From Eledone cirrhosa (Eukaryota), in NCBI GenBank assembly GCA_964016885.1, contig OZ024741.1, forward strand, positions 343,170,001 to 343,234,000: a stretch of 64,000 nucleotides of DNA. The letters run 5' to 3'. Position 1 is the first letter of the stretch; every line of letters begins with the position of its first letter. The notes beneath the pieces are model-generated. The model had not been told where the DNA came from, ran no database searches, and saw only the letters and a program-made list of their open reading frames with translations. Of the stretch, positions 42,139 to 57,057 are shown one piece after another. The position numbers were made by a program, and so were the translations under genes.

Positions 42139-42439
42139 AACGAGTAGGACCCCGACGGCTGAGCTCAAGCCGTTTCGACGGCTAATATATATATAAATAT
42201 AACACACACACACACACACACAGATCTGGACACCGTAGAAGAGTAACTCTCGGGTACGTAATAGAATGTTGCTTTTGAGACCATCTTATCTTGATCAGTA
42301 AAAATTCGATTGATTTTGTGTCTGAGCAAAATATTCCTCTTATTTTACTTAAATGTTGACCAATTCACGATGTCTGAATTACATTTGAACTGTCTTCTCT
42401 CACTAAAACATAAACGTGTGAGCTTTTACGAAGTCAGCC

Positions 42440-42800
42440 AATATGTTAGAAATACCATTTAAATTCATGGAAATGATTCTGGTTATCTTTCCTCTTTCAT
42501 GCCTAATATTCATGAGTTTACATGGAATATTACTTATGTGGTTAGGTCTCAACCATTTACAGTTGAAGTTGCTAAAAGCAATATACAATTCTATTCTGAT
42601 AGATTCTTTCCTCGCACATCTCGCCCATGGAATTCTCTCCTGGCATCTTATTTTCCTGACTGCTACAATTTTCAAAAATTCAAAATAAACAGCAATCGTC
42701 ATCTTTTCTCTCCTTGAATTATGTTGTCTCTATTTTGTTCTGAGTAACCTCTTGCATTTCAGTGTTTCATTGCTTTGCTTGTGGGCGAGTAAATTTTAAG
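42440..42800 (+). pseudogene. 3' end remnant of a CR1/L2-group LINE
   Basis: SQPFTVEVAKSNIQFYSDRFFPRTSRPWNSLLASYFPDCYNFQKFKINSNRHL. Confidence 0.68.
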
Positions 42801-43579
42801 AAGGTTACATTTGACTCTGAACCACAGGCATCAAATTCAGTGTAGCACGGCGCTAAATGCACAACAAAAACATTTACTGTGAAAGTCAGTGAAAGAGCTT
42901 TCACAAACATCTAAAAATAGCAGCTTATATCACACTAACAATCCTTGATTTATATTCTCTCTGGCTTGTACTTTTTCTCTTCTCAGTAACCCCAGCATTT
43001 TAGTGGCTTTATTACTTACTTGGGGTCAGTAAAAACGTTCATATCAAAAATGAAAGCCATAATGAATGAAGCTATAGTAGGTAGGTATAGTAGATATAGT
43101 AAGTCGAAAAATATAGAAATTAAGACGAAGGCTGAATCGTTTTTCATTTCATTTATAGTACGTCTCGATCGAGACTAACCTGTGCTAAACAACAAAAACA
43201 AGGACAGCACATTTATTTTAAACTGTATGCTTGTTAAGTTTGAACAAACGCTCAAACACCATTATATATTTATTCGTAGCAAATACAAAGTAGTCCGCTC
43301 TTTGGCGTAACATTACATTCGGTTAGTTATGTTTTTTTTTTACCATTTCCATCCAATACAGTCTTGAAGAATCTATCAATGTATGGACAAGAATAGCCAT
43401 TGGGAGTAAATGAATCGATGCAACAGCTGTTGTAATAGTAGCAATACTAGTGGTGTTGTATCTGATAGTAATAGTAGTGGTTGTTGTGATGGTGGTAGTG
43501 GTGTTTGTGATGGTGGTAGTGGTTATATTATCTGCAGCAGTAGTAGCAGTATCAGCAACAGCAGCAGCAACGACAACAA

Positions 43580-43639
<60 letters not shown>

Positions 43640-43872
43640 AAAGTATTTCTGAAATGGTTTCAGACGAAGACCAGAAAATGGGATAAGGTGTAAGAGGTAC
43701 ATACACACACACGCGTATATATATAGCGATACGGACACATACAAGCACGCCCGCACACACATACACACACATGTATATATGCATACATGTATATAAGTAT
43801 AATATATATTATATATGTTGTGCCAAAAGTAGAAACAATTATATATGTACACATGTGTCTATTGAGTATTCG

Positions 43873-43903
<31 letters not shown>

Positions 43904-43919
43904 ATATATATATATATAA

Positions 43920-43984
<65 letters not shown>

Positions 43985-44374
43985 TATATATACAATAAAT
44001 ATATATATATGTATATATATATATTTACACATCTATATATATACATATATATGTGTGCGCGTGTGTACCTGTTTTATGTGTGTGTACGTATGCCTGAGTG
44101 GTATGTTCGTGCGTAAGAGAGAGTTAAGTTATAGTTCCGAAATGTCCAGAATATGAGGCGACGATAAATCAATAGAAGATAATTTCTTCCATTCTCTGTC
44201 TTCTCTTACTTATGCTTTACTTGACGCTGTTTCCTTTCTCTGCTTTAAAGTCCTCATTCATTCCAAAGCAGATCCATATTCTTATGTACATAGTTCTATG
44301 TCTATCTATCTATCTATCTATCTATATAGCAGTCTCTATCTATTCATAACTATACCTATACCTACATCTATATC

Positions 44375-44492
<118 letters not shown>

Positions 44493-44520
44493 TAATTATA
44501 TATATATATATATATATATA

Positions 44521-44723
44521 TAACGAAGGAAATGTGGTAAGGAACCAGTTGGACCATAACGCACCAAAGTACTTAGGGTAGTAGAGTGGGCAATAGGAAC
44601 AAGTATGACCCCGACGGCAGAGCTCAAGCCGCTTCGACGGCTAATTCTGGACTGGCTAATTCAGTCTAGAATTAGCCGTCGAAACGGCTTGAGCTCTGTC
44701 GTCGGGGTCATACTTGTTCCTAT
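44521..44723 (-). mobile_element. Half-hammerhead repeat family copy with terminal fold-back
   Basis: Close match to 33741-33938. Confidence 0.85.
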
Positions 44724-44759
44724 ATATATATACACACACACACACATATATATATATAT

Positions 44760-45590
44760 TTATTAAATAACAGATTAAAGTTTAAGCAAAGAATCGCTGC
44801 TTTCACCCTTAACGGGATCTTCTGAAACTAACAAAGTCAATCTGTAAACGCCGAACTGGATATTTCAAAAAACGTTGCAACCGGAGGAAGACAGGAAGAC
44901 GATACTTTGGTTCGTGGAAAAGTTCGCTGGCAAAGAACGGGAAAAAACGAATAATACGTCATTAATAGGAGTGGTGAAAAACAATACGCGCAAAGACAGA
45001 ACCACGTTTATAGTATAATAGAGGTCGTAGACTAATGTTATCTTCGGTGGTGCATAGAGACGTTCTCTGGCGATGAACGTAAAAAACGAAGATAATACGT
45101 CATATGTGGAGCGTGGAGAACAATAGCACGCAAAGACAAAACCACGTAAATGGTATAGCAGAAGTCGTAGACTAAATTCTAACTAGGAGACCGAATGAAT
45201 CTCCGCTACGGAGTTAAGAACAAAGTAAATAAATACAATACAGAAGTAATAGAAATAAATAAATACATACTAGCAAACAGAAACGTACATACACAAGCAT
45301 ACTCAAAAACTTACCATAGGTAAACAAAACCACGCACATATAAATATGTGTGTGTGTGTAAGCGTGTATACAAATAAATAAATAATTATATAAACGTATA
45401 TAAATAAATAAATACGTATATAACAAGCGCACACACATACCTACATGTAAATACACGAATGTTCGGACACGTAAGTCAACCAAAACATGAAGTACACATA
45501 CACACACGCCTACATACGTACGAACCTGCATACTCACACAGACGCAAAACTCCCGTATACACATAGTCGACCCATATGTACCAGAATATA
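44760..45590 (-). mobile_element. ~830 bp CAGAAGA-family element, most complete copy
   Basis: Joins the body seen at 36245-37055 with the 3' segment seen at 21668-21785 and 35433-35500. Confidence 0.82.
44779..44829 (-). ncRNA. Variant-core hammerhead-like motif (CAGAAGA family, copy 3, best preserved)
   Basis: Reverse complement: AGTTT-CAGAAGA-TCCC gttaa GGGT-GAAA-GCA gcgattctt TGC-TT-AAACT; all three stems pair. Confidence 0.6.
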
Positions 45591-45622
45591 TAAAAAAAAT
45601 TTTATACATATATATATACACA

Positions 45623-45782
<160 letters not shown>

Positions 45783-45785
45783 CAC

Positions 45786-45826
<41 letters not shown>

Positions 45827-45936
45827 TCGGGTAATGAGGTAATTAGACTGTGTTGTTTATTATACATTAAATATTTAGCTCTGTTACTTACATAGAGCAC
45901 TCTCCACTCCTTTTACTTTTCCACGGAAACACACAG

Positions 45937-46001
<65 letters not shown>

Positions 46002-46426
46002 TATATATGCACCAACACGTACATAAAAAAATGGAAGGGGTATAACTTAGGTAGTCTCTGCTTGTTAATTAAAAATATTTTATTATCATTAAAAAACATT
46101 TTGAAGTTGTGGTTTTACAAAAGAGAGAGATGAAAGATGCAAAGGAGTGGCGTCTGTGAGCTATGTGTGGTTTCCGTGACAGCAGGGAGCTTATTTGCCC
46201 TGCTTTTCCAGGGTTTAGGTTATACTTGAAGACACATGGAGAGCGGTCTAAATAATCTGCCCTTATTTCAGACAGTTAATGAAAGCGGGTTCGCAGTAAG
46301 GATCATGGATATATCGTTTTTTTTTTTCAAACGTGGTTTCCGGTCTATTGAGCCCATCAGAAGATTACCTTTGTACTAGGGTTTGTACACACATATACAC
46401 ACACAGACACACAATCACACAGACGC

Positions 46427-46599
<173 letters not shown>

Positions 46600-46717
46600 A
46601 CAATATGCATCTTGTATCCGAGTTCATTCTCTCTCGCTATCTGATTTATCTTTACTAATATATACATATGCATATATCTATATATAAATATATATATTTG
46701 TATATATATATAAATAT

Positions 46718-46854
<137 letters not shown>

Positions 46855-47736
46855 CACACACACACACATATATATATATATACATATATATATATATGTA
46901 TATATATATGTAGTGAAAGAATGAAGAGTAACATGGTTGGCTGTACAACAAGGGGCTTTATTTCAGGTATTAACAATTGTTTCATTGATCAGATAGGAAT
47001 TATCGCTGCCTAACTATGGAAACATCTTGTTGAGTTAAACAAAGCCGTACGTTAAAACTATCCACGATGCAGAGTACTCACATTACCGATAACGATAACT
47101 TGTTACATATATATATATATATATATATATATAAGGGTGTGGCAAATACCAGGTGGACCGTAACGCAGCAGAGTACTCGGTACTTGGTGTAGTAGAGTGG
47201 GTAATATGAAAAGATTCAGTTCGTATCTAGCAGTCGAAACGGCCGGAGCTCACCCGTTGGGGTTCTGAATCTTTTCATATATATATATATTGAGAGAAGG
47301 GGGGGGGGAGAAAAATAGAGATGTAAATATATATATTTCTGTGTGTGTGTTTGTGCATTTGATTGCATGTGTGTCAGTGTTTGTGTTCATGTGTGTATAC
47401 ATATATGCTTTATATATAGACATACAAGCACACATGCACATATACATATATTTATATACGATTATACATAGACGTATAAGCACAAACGTCGAAAAACTTA
47501 TGGTCAGAGGTTCTTGCACACTCAGATGTATAGGCTTGCATGCCAACGGCGATAATTGGAAATATAGACCACATCCTGCAAAAACTATATTGCCCTGTGA
47601 CCGCCTGACTAGCTGTATGTAAACATGTATACTGGTTTCCATTTTTATTTCAATCTATCTATCTGTCAGCTTATCAGTGCACACACATATACAGGCACAC
47701 ACACACACACACACATACAGGCACACAGAGACACTG

Positions 47737-47769
<33 letters not shown>

Positions 47770-47847
47770 CACACACACACATACACACACACAATGATAT
47801 AAAGATATGTGTGAAATGCCAACACAGGAGAACGATACAGTACATTG

Positions 47848-47894
<47 letters not shown>

Positions 47895-47899
47895 TCACA

Positions 47900-47942
<43 letters not shown>

Positions 47943-47961
47943 TCACAAACATATATATATA

Positions 47962-48960
47962 GATGAACACCGCTATGTAAATACACTCGCTAATAAGATC
48001 TGGCAACACCGCGAACACAACCAGCAGTTCACCCTAAAATGGGATAAATTATCCAGCGCTAGTGAATATCGGAGTGCATTAAAATACTGCAGATTATGCA
48101 ACCTTGAACTTTTTTATATCTTGAAATCTAAAAACAATTTACTAAATGAAGGAATCGAACTATTGTTATACTGCAACCACAAACTGAACGCTAGATTTTC
48201 TCACTATAAAAGTAACATAGCATAATTTGAACCCGAGACTATTACAACACTTTCTCACTAACTAATTTCACTCAATACTTACTTCCTAACTATATCCCCA
48301 CCGTCCTAACTAGTAACCAGTACCTTACTTATCGTAATAATTGTATACTTAAGTACGACCAGCAAACTACAACTATCAACTCGGTGTATATCGCTTTCTT
48401 TCCCCTTCTCTTAAATTATTTCTGTCCCCTCTCTCTCTCTCTCTTTCTTTCTCCCTCTTTCCCTCTCCCTCTTTCTCTCTCTCTCGCTCTCTGTCTATCT
48501 CCCTCCTTCTCCACATCTATTAACCTACCCTCTGTGGCAATAAATATTTCCAAACTTGATACTATCAACACAATACCTAAGTTGTCTCTTTGAGAGTAAG
48601 CAGTATAATAAAACCACTTGTTGGACACCTGTCATAGCATTTAGATTAGCTATCTGTATTCTTCAAACCTCTCTCTCTCCCATTTCTCCTACCCTTACAT
48701 ATCTATCTCTCCCTCTCCCTTTCTTTCTCTCTTCCTTTTTCTACTCTATCTTCCCCAATTACTCCCTTTAAGAAATATAAAGAAACCATGATTCAACCAT
48801 TCGTTCTGACGATTTGGTAGTACGAGCAGCATTTGAAAATTGAGTATCTGAAAATTAATAACTACTAATTTTCATATAGCATGACTAGGCTGTGTAACTA
48901 CTAAAGAAACATTTGTAAACACCTGGAATAAATTGCTTTTTTATGATGTCTATCTGTTTT
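47962..48960 (+). mobile_element. PLE 3' fragment (GIY-YIG C-terminus + 3' region), third PLE family
   Basis: NTLANKIWQHREHNQQFTLKWDKLSSASEY..YCRLCNLELFYILKSKNNLLNEGIELLLYCNH; downstream CTGACGA at ~48806 and GAAA at ~48860 (decayed core). Confidence 0.72.
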
Positions 48961-48973
48961 GTTAATCATTCTT

Positions 48974-49005
<32 letters not shown>

Positions 49006-49046
49006 AATGTAGAAGTTCTATTTAAATTGTTGGGATATATATATAT

Positions 49047-49976
49047 ACTAGACATGAAAAATGCGCAAGCTCAAAAGTGCCACAGAATGTTATAATAAAC
49101 CTTCAAAAGTGTGGGACTAGAGTTGTTGCTAAAAAATATTGTAATCATTATATATCGTACATTCTGTGGCATCCTTTATAAAAATAGCTTAAACCAACGA
49201 AGCCTTTATTTTTACGCTATTTCACTTAGTTAATTCTTAGAGTGTAACATATAAAAATATGATTTACAACTATAAAATAAATTAATTAATATAATAACAG
49301 AGCTGCGGAGCTGAAATTTAGGAAATAATGGAGTTGGAGCCAGTCAATTTTTGGCCGACTCCGCAGCCCTGTATAATACATTTCATATTAAAGTTATTAA
49401 TAAACCTATTTTACACTTCATGCAAATTACCACGAGATATTGATATTAGATATAAGATACAGCGCAATATCTACAGCTGTAAAAGTACGAAAGCGAAGTA
49501 ATAATAAGTGGCTTAAGGTAATTCCAATATGAAAGTTTGTAGTGATAAAAATTTGATAATGCAATACGATTGTTAATATTATAGTTCTATGAAAATGTAA
49601 CAATAGATAACTAAATTATTTTACTATTAGTATATTTAAGAAATTATCATTATAGATTTGATCGTTCATATAAGCATCATATTAAGTTTCAACACAATTA
49701 TTTTGTTACTATGAGTATATGATAATAATATTACGTAATTATTTATAGCTGTTATTACATTAAACATAGATGTATTTATTTTTATATGTTACACTCTAAG
49801 AAATAGCGTAAAAATAAAGGCTTCGTTGGTTTAAGCTATTTTTATAAAGGATGCCACAGAATGTACGATATATAATGATTACAATATTTTTTAGCAACAA
49901 CTCTAGTCCCACACTTTTGAAGGTTTATTATAACATTCTGTGGCACGTTTGAGCTTGCGCATTTTTCATGTCTAGT
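49047..49976. repeat. Inverted repeat, ~200 bp near-identical arms (49047-49259 / 49777-49976)
   Basis: ACTAGACATGAAAAATGCGCAAGCTCAAA.. vs ..TTTGAGCTTGCGCATTTTTCATGTCTAGT. Confidence 0.92.
49298..49371. mobile_element. Tiny hAT-like MITE
   Basis: CAGAGCTGCGGAG ... CTCCGCAGCCCTG termini; flanks TATAATAA / TATAATAC (7/8 match, 8 bp TSD). Confidence 0.6.
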
Positions 49977-50529
49977 TTAATATTTTTTTAAGGCAACGCT
50001 TGTAATAACTCTAGTTAAACAGGATATATATTAATAATAAATTATCGTTGTAATGTAATTAGATTATGTAATTGTTATTATAAATTATCTTATATATTAG
50101 TGTAAGATGTATAAAAATATTTTCAGACTTTTAATATAAACAACTACAAAAAACAATCAATATTAAATCAATATATTATACATAATAGAAAACATAAAAT
50201 ATACAATACAAAAACAAAATATTTACATACAATTGCAATTATCAGTGTATATACATTTTCTTTATATTCCCTGAGCAAATTAATAAGATTTGTTTTTATT
50301 GTACATAATTTGATGACTTGTTGGAGTGTATTAAAAGATAGCAACAATTTGTGATTAAATTGTTATCTTAAGCAACTCACTTTTTAATAGTTGTTGGCTG
50401 AGCGAAATTGTAAAAGCCTATGAGCAAATATAAAAAAAAATACACAAACAACATTTCCTTGTGTTATTACAACATTAGATAAAATAATTGAGCAATGTCG
50501 TTATATTTTGCTCTTATTGCACATTAATA

Positions 50530-50698
50530 GTGTTTCTATTTTTCGGCACAAATCCATTACGGCAGTCCATTACTGGTACTTTATTTTATCGAATTAGTAA
50601 GTATGAAAGTCGAAGTTAACCTCGGCAGGATTTGAACTTAGAATGCAAAGGACCATAACAATACTGCAAAGCATGGTGTCTGACGCTCTACCAATACT
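50530..50698 (-). mobile_element. SINE family A copy
   Basis: TACTGGTACTTTATTTTATCGA..GTTAACCTCGGCAGGATTTGAACT..GACGCTCTACC. Confidence 0.78.
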
Positions 50699-51088
50699 TG
50701 TGTTGAGCTGGTCATTAATTTATGGTGGTCGTGCGTGGAGTAGAGCAATCGCTAGTTGAAATATTATAAACAAAACATTTTTATTTGCCGAAGAACATAT
50801 TTTCAATACTGTTTGTGAATGTGACGAAGGAAATACATTCTGATATGGAACAGTGTACAAAGTGTGTCTGTGAATAACATAATGTTACCTCATGTTGTTG
50901 TCAAGACATAATGGATTTCGTATATCCAGTTAGAAGATGAAACCTAGCCATCTCGGATTAGTTATATTTCATGCCATGTGTAAACGTGTTTGAGGATAGC
51001 AAAATATGCGCGTTAATTATAATAATTAGTTAATAATATTACAAAATATACCTAATTAAACTCTTTGCTTGAAATTTTATCATTCTTC

Positions 51089-51160
<72 letters not shown>

Positions 51161-52554
51161 TTATCTAGTCCTTCGCTCAAGATTAATCTATAAGTTTAGA
51201 TGTTTGCCTTCGTTTAAGTAAATATTACAGTAAGATTTTTAATATAAACAACTACAAAAAACAATTAATATTAAAACGAAAAAATTATCAATGATAAAAG
51301 AAGCGGATGCAACTTTTTTTTTTATAAAGTTATATTCCTGTTTCTTTAAAGAACATTTCATTTTTGTTCTATTGTAGGCGAAATAATGCAATGGTTTAAT
51401 AGGGAAGATATAACTTACGAATTATGTCTCTAACCGTGTAACGCTTTTTAAGTAGATAACTACAATTGAAAATACTAAAGAAATGGAACCAACAATTCAA
51501 TTTGAAAGTCGTCTAGTGACAGTGTATTACTGGTACTTTATTTTATCGACCCCGTAACGATGAAAGGCAAAAATGCAAATGCTTAAAATTTAAATTGCCT
51601 TAATTCTATCGTCTGCTGTTTCATTAAAGGGAGATTATCGTCTGTATTTAATTCTATCGTCTACTGTTCCACTAAACAGATATACCTCCACTATCGTCTC
51701 TATTTATACATTTTAACTTATAACTTATACACATTTGATTTGAAATATTTTATCTAGTCCCCCTCTCAATATTATGATGATTTCTTTCGAATGAAACAGT
51801 TCTAGTCCTGTAGAAGCCATTTATATATATAATTGAACTGAGTTAAAAATTCACAATATTTATAATTAAATAAGCTCATATATATATGTGTGTATTTATC
51901 TGTTTATTGTATTATATATAATGTGTGTATATACAGGATGTCCCCCAAAAATATATACACACTTCAACAGCATTCTAATAACTATTGCCTGTACAGGTAA
52001 TCAAAGTGTCAATCGAATGTTAGTTTCGTGTTTTAACAGTACAAATTTACAATACACATAAAACCAGTGTATATACATACATGAGTGTGTATACACATAC
52101 ATGAATGTGTATATACAATATATATGTATATATATATAGACACATATATTCACGGTGCAACGGTACATTAAAATATAGATGCGGGAGAGGGGGGTGTATA
52201 TATAGGGGCGCTGGGGATAAAGGAGTGTAAAGCGTGTGTAATTGATATATTGAAGGAGAGGAGCGTGCAGCGATAGAGTAACAAATATATAGAGAGGGGG
52301 AGAGATGGTATTGAAGGGGAGGAGTGCAAAGCGAAAGAGTAAGAGATATATATAGAGACGGAACAGATAGAGAGAAACAGGCGTAAGTAACAGTGGAAGA
52401 GATATAGAGAGAGGTACTCTGATTGGTTGAAAATTAGCCAATGACATACGATCACCACCACCACGGCTATCCCCGAAAAATTTTTATAGAAGCTAGGCAT
52501 ATATGTTAGAACACGAAAAGTGAACATTCTGTTGTTTCACACTTTTCGTGTTCT

Positions 52555-52586
<32 letters not shown>

Positions 52587-52595
<9 letters not shown>

Positions 52596-52914
52596 TTCAA
52601 AATATTAACAAAATAGATAATCTTGTGATCAAGTATATATTATTATACATATTTCAGAGGTACTGAGATAACTTCAACAGTACGTCCTCATCAGATAAAA
52701 TAAGATGATGCATGACATTCCCTGACATGGTAGATGGTTAAGATTCAGTCATAATCATCTTAACCATCTACCATGTCAGGGTATGTCATGCATCATCTTA
52801 TTTTATCTGATGAGGACGTACTGTTGAAGTTATCTCAGTACCTCTGAAATATGTATAATAAAATATACTTGATCACACGTATATATATTTTGTTAATATT
52901 TTGAATTAATATTA
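52587..52914. repeat. Fold-back element, ~158 bp arms, 12 bp loop, tail to ~53005
   Basis: 52587-52744 is the reverse complement of 52757-52914. Confidence 0.92.
52801..52863 (+). ncRNA. Type I hammerhead ribozyme (mirror copy on minus strand ~52640-52700)
   Basis: TTTTAT-CTGATGA-GGACGTACTG..CAGTACCTCT-GAAA-TATGTA-TA-ATAAAA; 6 bp stem I. Confidence 0.82.
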
Positions 52915-53002
52915 ATAACTCTGGAAAACCATCACTGTTGAGTGCTTCCAATCTATTGTAAAACTCATTCTTTGATTTATTCATTGAACCTTGTTTAACC
53001 TT

Positions 53003-53078
<76 letters not shown>

Positions 53079-53130
53079 CTTGATAACGGAGTTTAGAACC
53101 CTCAGATAAATGGAAAAAGATATATATATT

Positions 53131-53187
<57 letters not shown>

Positions 53188-53312
53188 TATTATATATATA
53201 TATATATTATATATATATATATATTATATATATATATATCTTTCCGTGTTTATGTGCACGACTTCCGAGTGTACATGTTAGCTTATTTGAGGGCATATAT
53301 ATGTATGCGTGA

Positions 53313-53402
<90 letters not shown>

Positions 53403-53407
53403 GTGTG

Positions 53408-53442
<35 letters not shown>

Positions 53443-53443
53443 G

Positions 53444-53483
<40 letters not shown>

Positions 53484-53645
53484 GCATATACAGGACTAGT
53501 ACTGTTTCATTCGAATGAATTCATCAGGATAGTTTCCTTCGAATGAAACAGTTCTAGTCCTGTAGGAGCCATTTCTATATTAAACATCCATACTCTACTC
53601 TGTATTGAGTACCATACTTACTGTGGCTACCCCCGATTGACCCCA

Positions 53646-53710
<65 letters not shown>

Positions 53711-53718
53711 TACATACA

Positions 53719-53772
<54 letters not shown>

Positions 53773-53896
53773 AACATACATATATATATATATTATATAT
53801 ATATATATATATAAACATACATATATATATATATTATATATATATATATATATAAACATACATATATATATATATATATAAACATACATATATATA

Positions 53897-53984
<88 letters not shown>

Positions 53985-53998
53985 ATAAATATATAAAA

Positions 53999-54051
<53 letters not shown>

Positions 54052-54065
54052 ATAAATATATAAAA

Positions 54066-54106
<41 letters not shown>

Positions 54107-54120
54107 ATAAATATATAAAA

Positions 54121-54175
<55 letters not shown>

Positions 54176-54189
54176 ATAAATATATAAAA

Positions 54190-54257
<68 letters not shown>

Positions 54258-54624
54258 AACACACGTGCAACCAAACAAATGTACGTCCATGCACACATCT
54301 AAAAAAAAACATGTATATAAATATATCCATATATATTACATAGATATATTCTACCATATATCCATACATAAATACATAATAGCTTTTGGGATATTCTTCC
54401 ACCAATCAGAATCCCGTATAATACATTTTCTGGCAAAATCAATGATAGTATTGGTGTTGGTGTTGAAAATAATGATATTGCATTCTTTCGTCGTCGTCGT
54501 CGTAGCGGTAGTAGTAGTGGTGGTGGTGGTGGTAGAAGTGGTAGTAGTAGTGGTTGTGGTGGTGGTCGTAGTAGTAGAACCAATATTAGCAATAGTATTA
54601 TCATTATTATTAGTATTATTAATT

Positions 54625-55078
54625 GTGTGGTGGATTGGCAATATCGGTAGAGGGTCGGACGCTATGCTTTGCAACATAGAGTTACGGCTCGATATGATAT
54701 GAGTTCAAAACCCAGCGAGGTTAACTTTGCCTTTCATCCTTATGGGTTCGATAAAATAAAGTACCAGTCACGCACTGGCATCAATTTAATCGACTTTCTC
54801 CTCCTCCAAAATTGCTGGCCTTGTGCCTATAAAAGAAACCATTATTATTAGTAGTATTAATAGGACGGTGGATTGGCCGTATCAGTAGATTGTCGGACGC
54901 AATGCTTTGCAGCAGAGAGTTACGGCGCTTTACGATCTGAGTTCAAATCCCGCCAAGGTTAGCTTTGCCTTTCAGCCTTACGGGGTCGATAAAATGAAGT
55001 ACCATTAACGCATTGGGGTCGATTTAATCGACTTTTCCCTCCCCCAAAATTGCTGGCCTTCTTCCTATATAAGAAACC
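54625..55078 (+). mobile_element. Two SINE family A copies (54625-54842, 54863-55078)
   Basis: Full consensus from head to AAATTGCTGGCCTT..AGAAACC tail. Confidence 0.88.
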
Positions 55079-57057
55079 GCTATTAGTAGTATTAGTAGTA
55101 GTAAGAGTAGTGTTTGGAGTTGTAGTAATAGTACTGTTAGAAGTAGTAGTAGTAGTAGTTTTCCTTGGTGTTCTGTCTACATCAAACGCAAGAGCTGCTA
55201 AAAAGAATAGAGAAAAAAGTTGAAGACGTGGTTTCACTGGACTTGTTAGACATAGCACAGTCAAATATCACTCAAATACGACCCTACTGTCTTAGGAAAG
55301 CAAAGGGTACTTTCGAAGATGTAGTCCGAGTTTAAATTCTAACGTCTGTCGGAAGCCCAGAAGCTCATTAGACCGGTGCTATTCTGGACATGACGACTGC
55401 CCAGCGCAGAGTTAGATCCCCCAGCCAGTACTGGTATTCAACTTCCGAAGTACACACTGCAGCAACGTGTAATGAAGTGTTTTGCTTAAGAGCACAGCAC
55501 ACAACCAGGTGCAGGAATAGAAACCACGACATTATGATCATAAGTCCAATACCTTAATTATTAGGCCACGCATGTAGAGGTACCTGTAAAAAGATGAGAT
55601 GGTTACGACAAGTGTTTGTATCATATGTCTGCTCAGTCAGAACTAACCTTCTCTGAAACACAATCACACCACTACCAACACAACCAACATCAACAACTGC
55701 AACAATAAGAACAACGATATTCGAAAACAATAACAACTGGCTTGAATTGACTCAAGACGCAATTTTCAATGACAGTCAAGATTATAGATTATACGCATTC
55801 AGAATCAGTTGGTTTCCATAACAGGTTATGTATAGACGTGTTTATAACCTTTTACGTTTGTGATGCAATGATATATCGAACAACCGTACGCGATCAAATT
55901 GTGTGTGAAACTCAACAAATAAAGAGTATTAGATACATTCACTTTCCACGACGAACCATTAGTAGTAAAGTTGTTGAAAGTAACTCGTTAGCCTGAAACT
56001 CCTACCGGCTTGTTCTTTTCCGCAATGCTCCGTGCTTAAGTATATTTGTCAGTAATGATACGACATTCTGTGAATGCCATACACATTGGCATATCAAAGC
56101 TATACTATATTCTACACATCCAGCAAAACTTCCCTCACTAAGCTATACTCTTGGAAATATTTATACCCTACACCTCAAGCTAAAGCTTTCACTCTAATAT
56201 ACATTCGTAAGGATATTTATACTGCACGGTTCAAGTTTAAACAACTATTCCTCTCCGTATTGTCATTTCTACATTTACAACTAAATGAAGAAAAAGAAAA
56301 AGAAAAAGAAAAAGAAAATGAAAAAGAAAAAGAAAAAGAAAAAGAAAAAGAAAAAGAAAACGGAAAAGTAAAAGAAAGGAAAAAGAAGAAGAGGGCATCA
56401 GACCTTCCCTCAAATTACAGCCAACTGTCATAGAGAAGAAGACAAGCTGGTCACGAACACATTAGATATGTGGTCATAGATACAATGTGTATGTAAGGAA
56501 AAAAACGATGTAATGGTCACGGCTGTAATGTCTCTCTTTTGATCATAGATCTACGTGATCAGAGATGAGACAACAACAACAACAACAACTAAATAACAGT
56601 AGTAATCTCATTGATGATTATAAAATAAAGCTTAGCTCACGTTTCGGTCGGCTTGTACCCCGCTTTATTGTCTACTTACACGGTATGCAATCGATAATAT
56701 CACTCGAGAAAATTTCATAATGAGCTTTAGATACGTTTAATACTATCGTAGTTGTTTAACCCCGCGTAAACACTGGTCGAGAAGTATTATGATCAAATGC
56801 GTTCCAGCCATGAGAATTACGTTGTGTTGGAGCGGGCGTGGAGATGGTATGTGTATGTATTTCATCAAGGTGTATCAGGACTTGGGTGGCGAACTGGTGG
56901 AAGTTCATACATACATGTGTCATTTCGTTTTGAAGACGTTTGGGATGTGCGCATGATATAAAAGAAATTTGGCTGCTATTTCTACCAGGTGCAAATACTA
57001 CAGAAATTCCTCTTCGTTGACTCGCATCAGATATATCTCATGTACCATGTGATGTGA

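Noticed and set aside
46965-46985. GAAA-CAATTG-TT on the minus strand, and GAAA-CAATTG-TC at ~63291
   Set aside because: Look like hammerhead 3' halves with palindromic stem III, but no CUGANGA partner was found; insufficient support.
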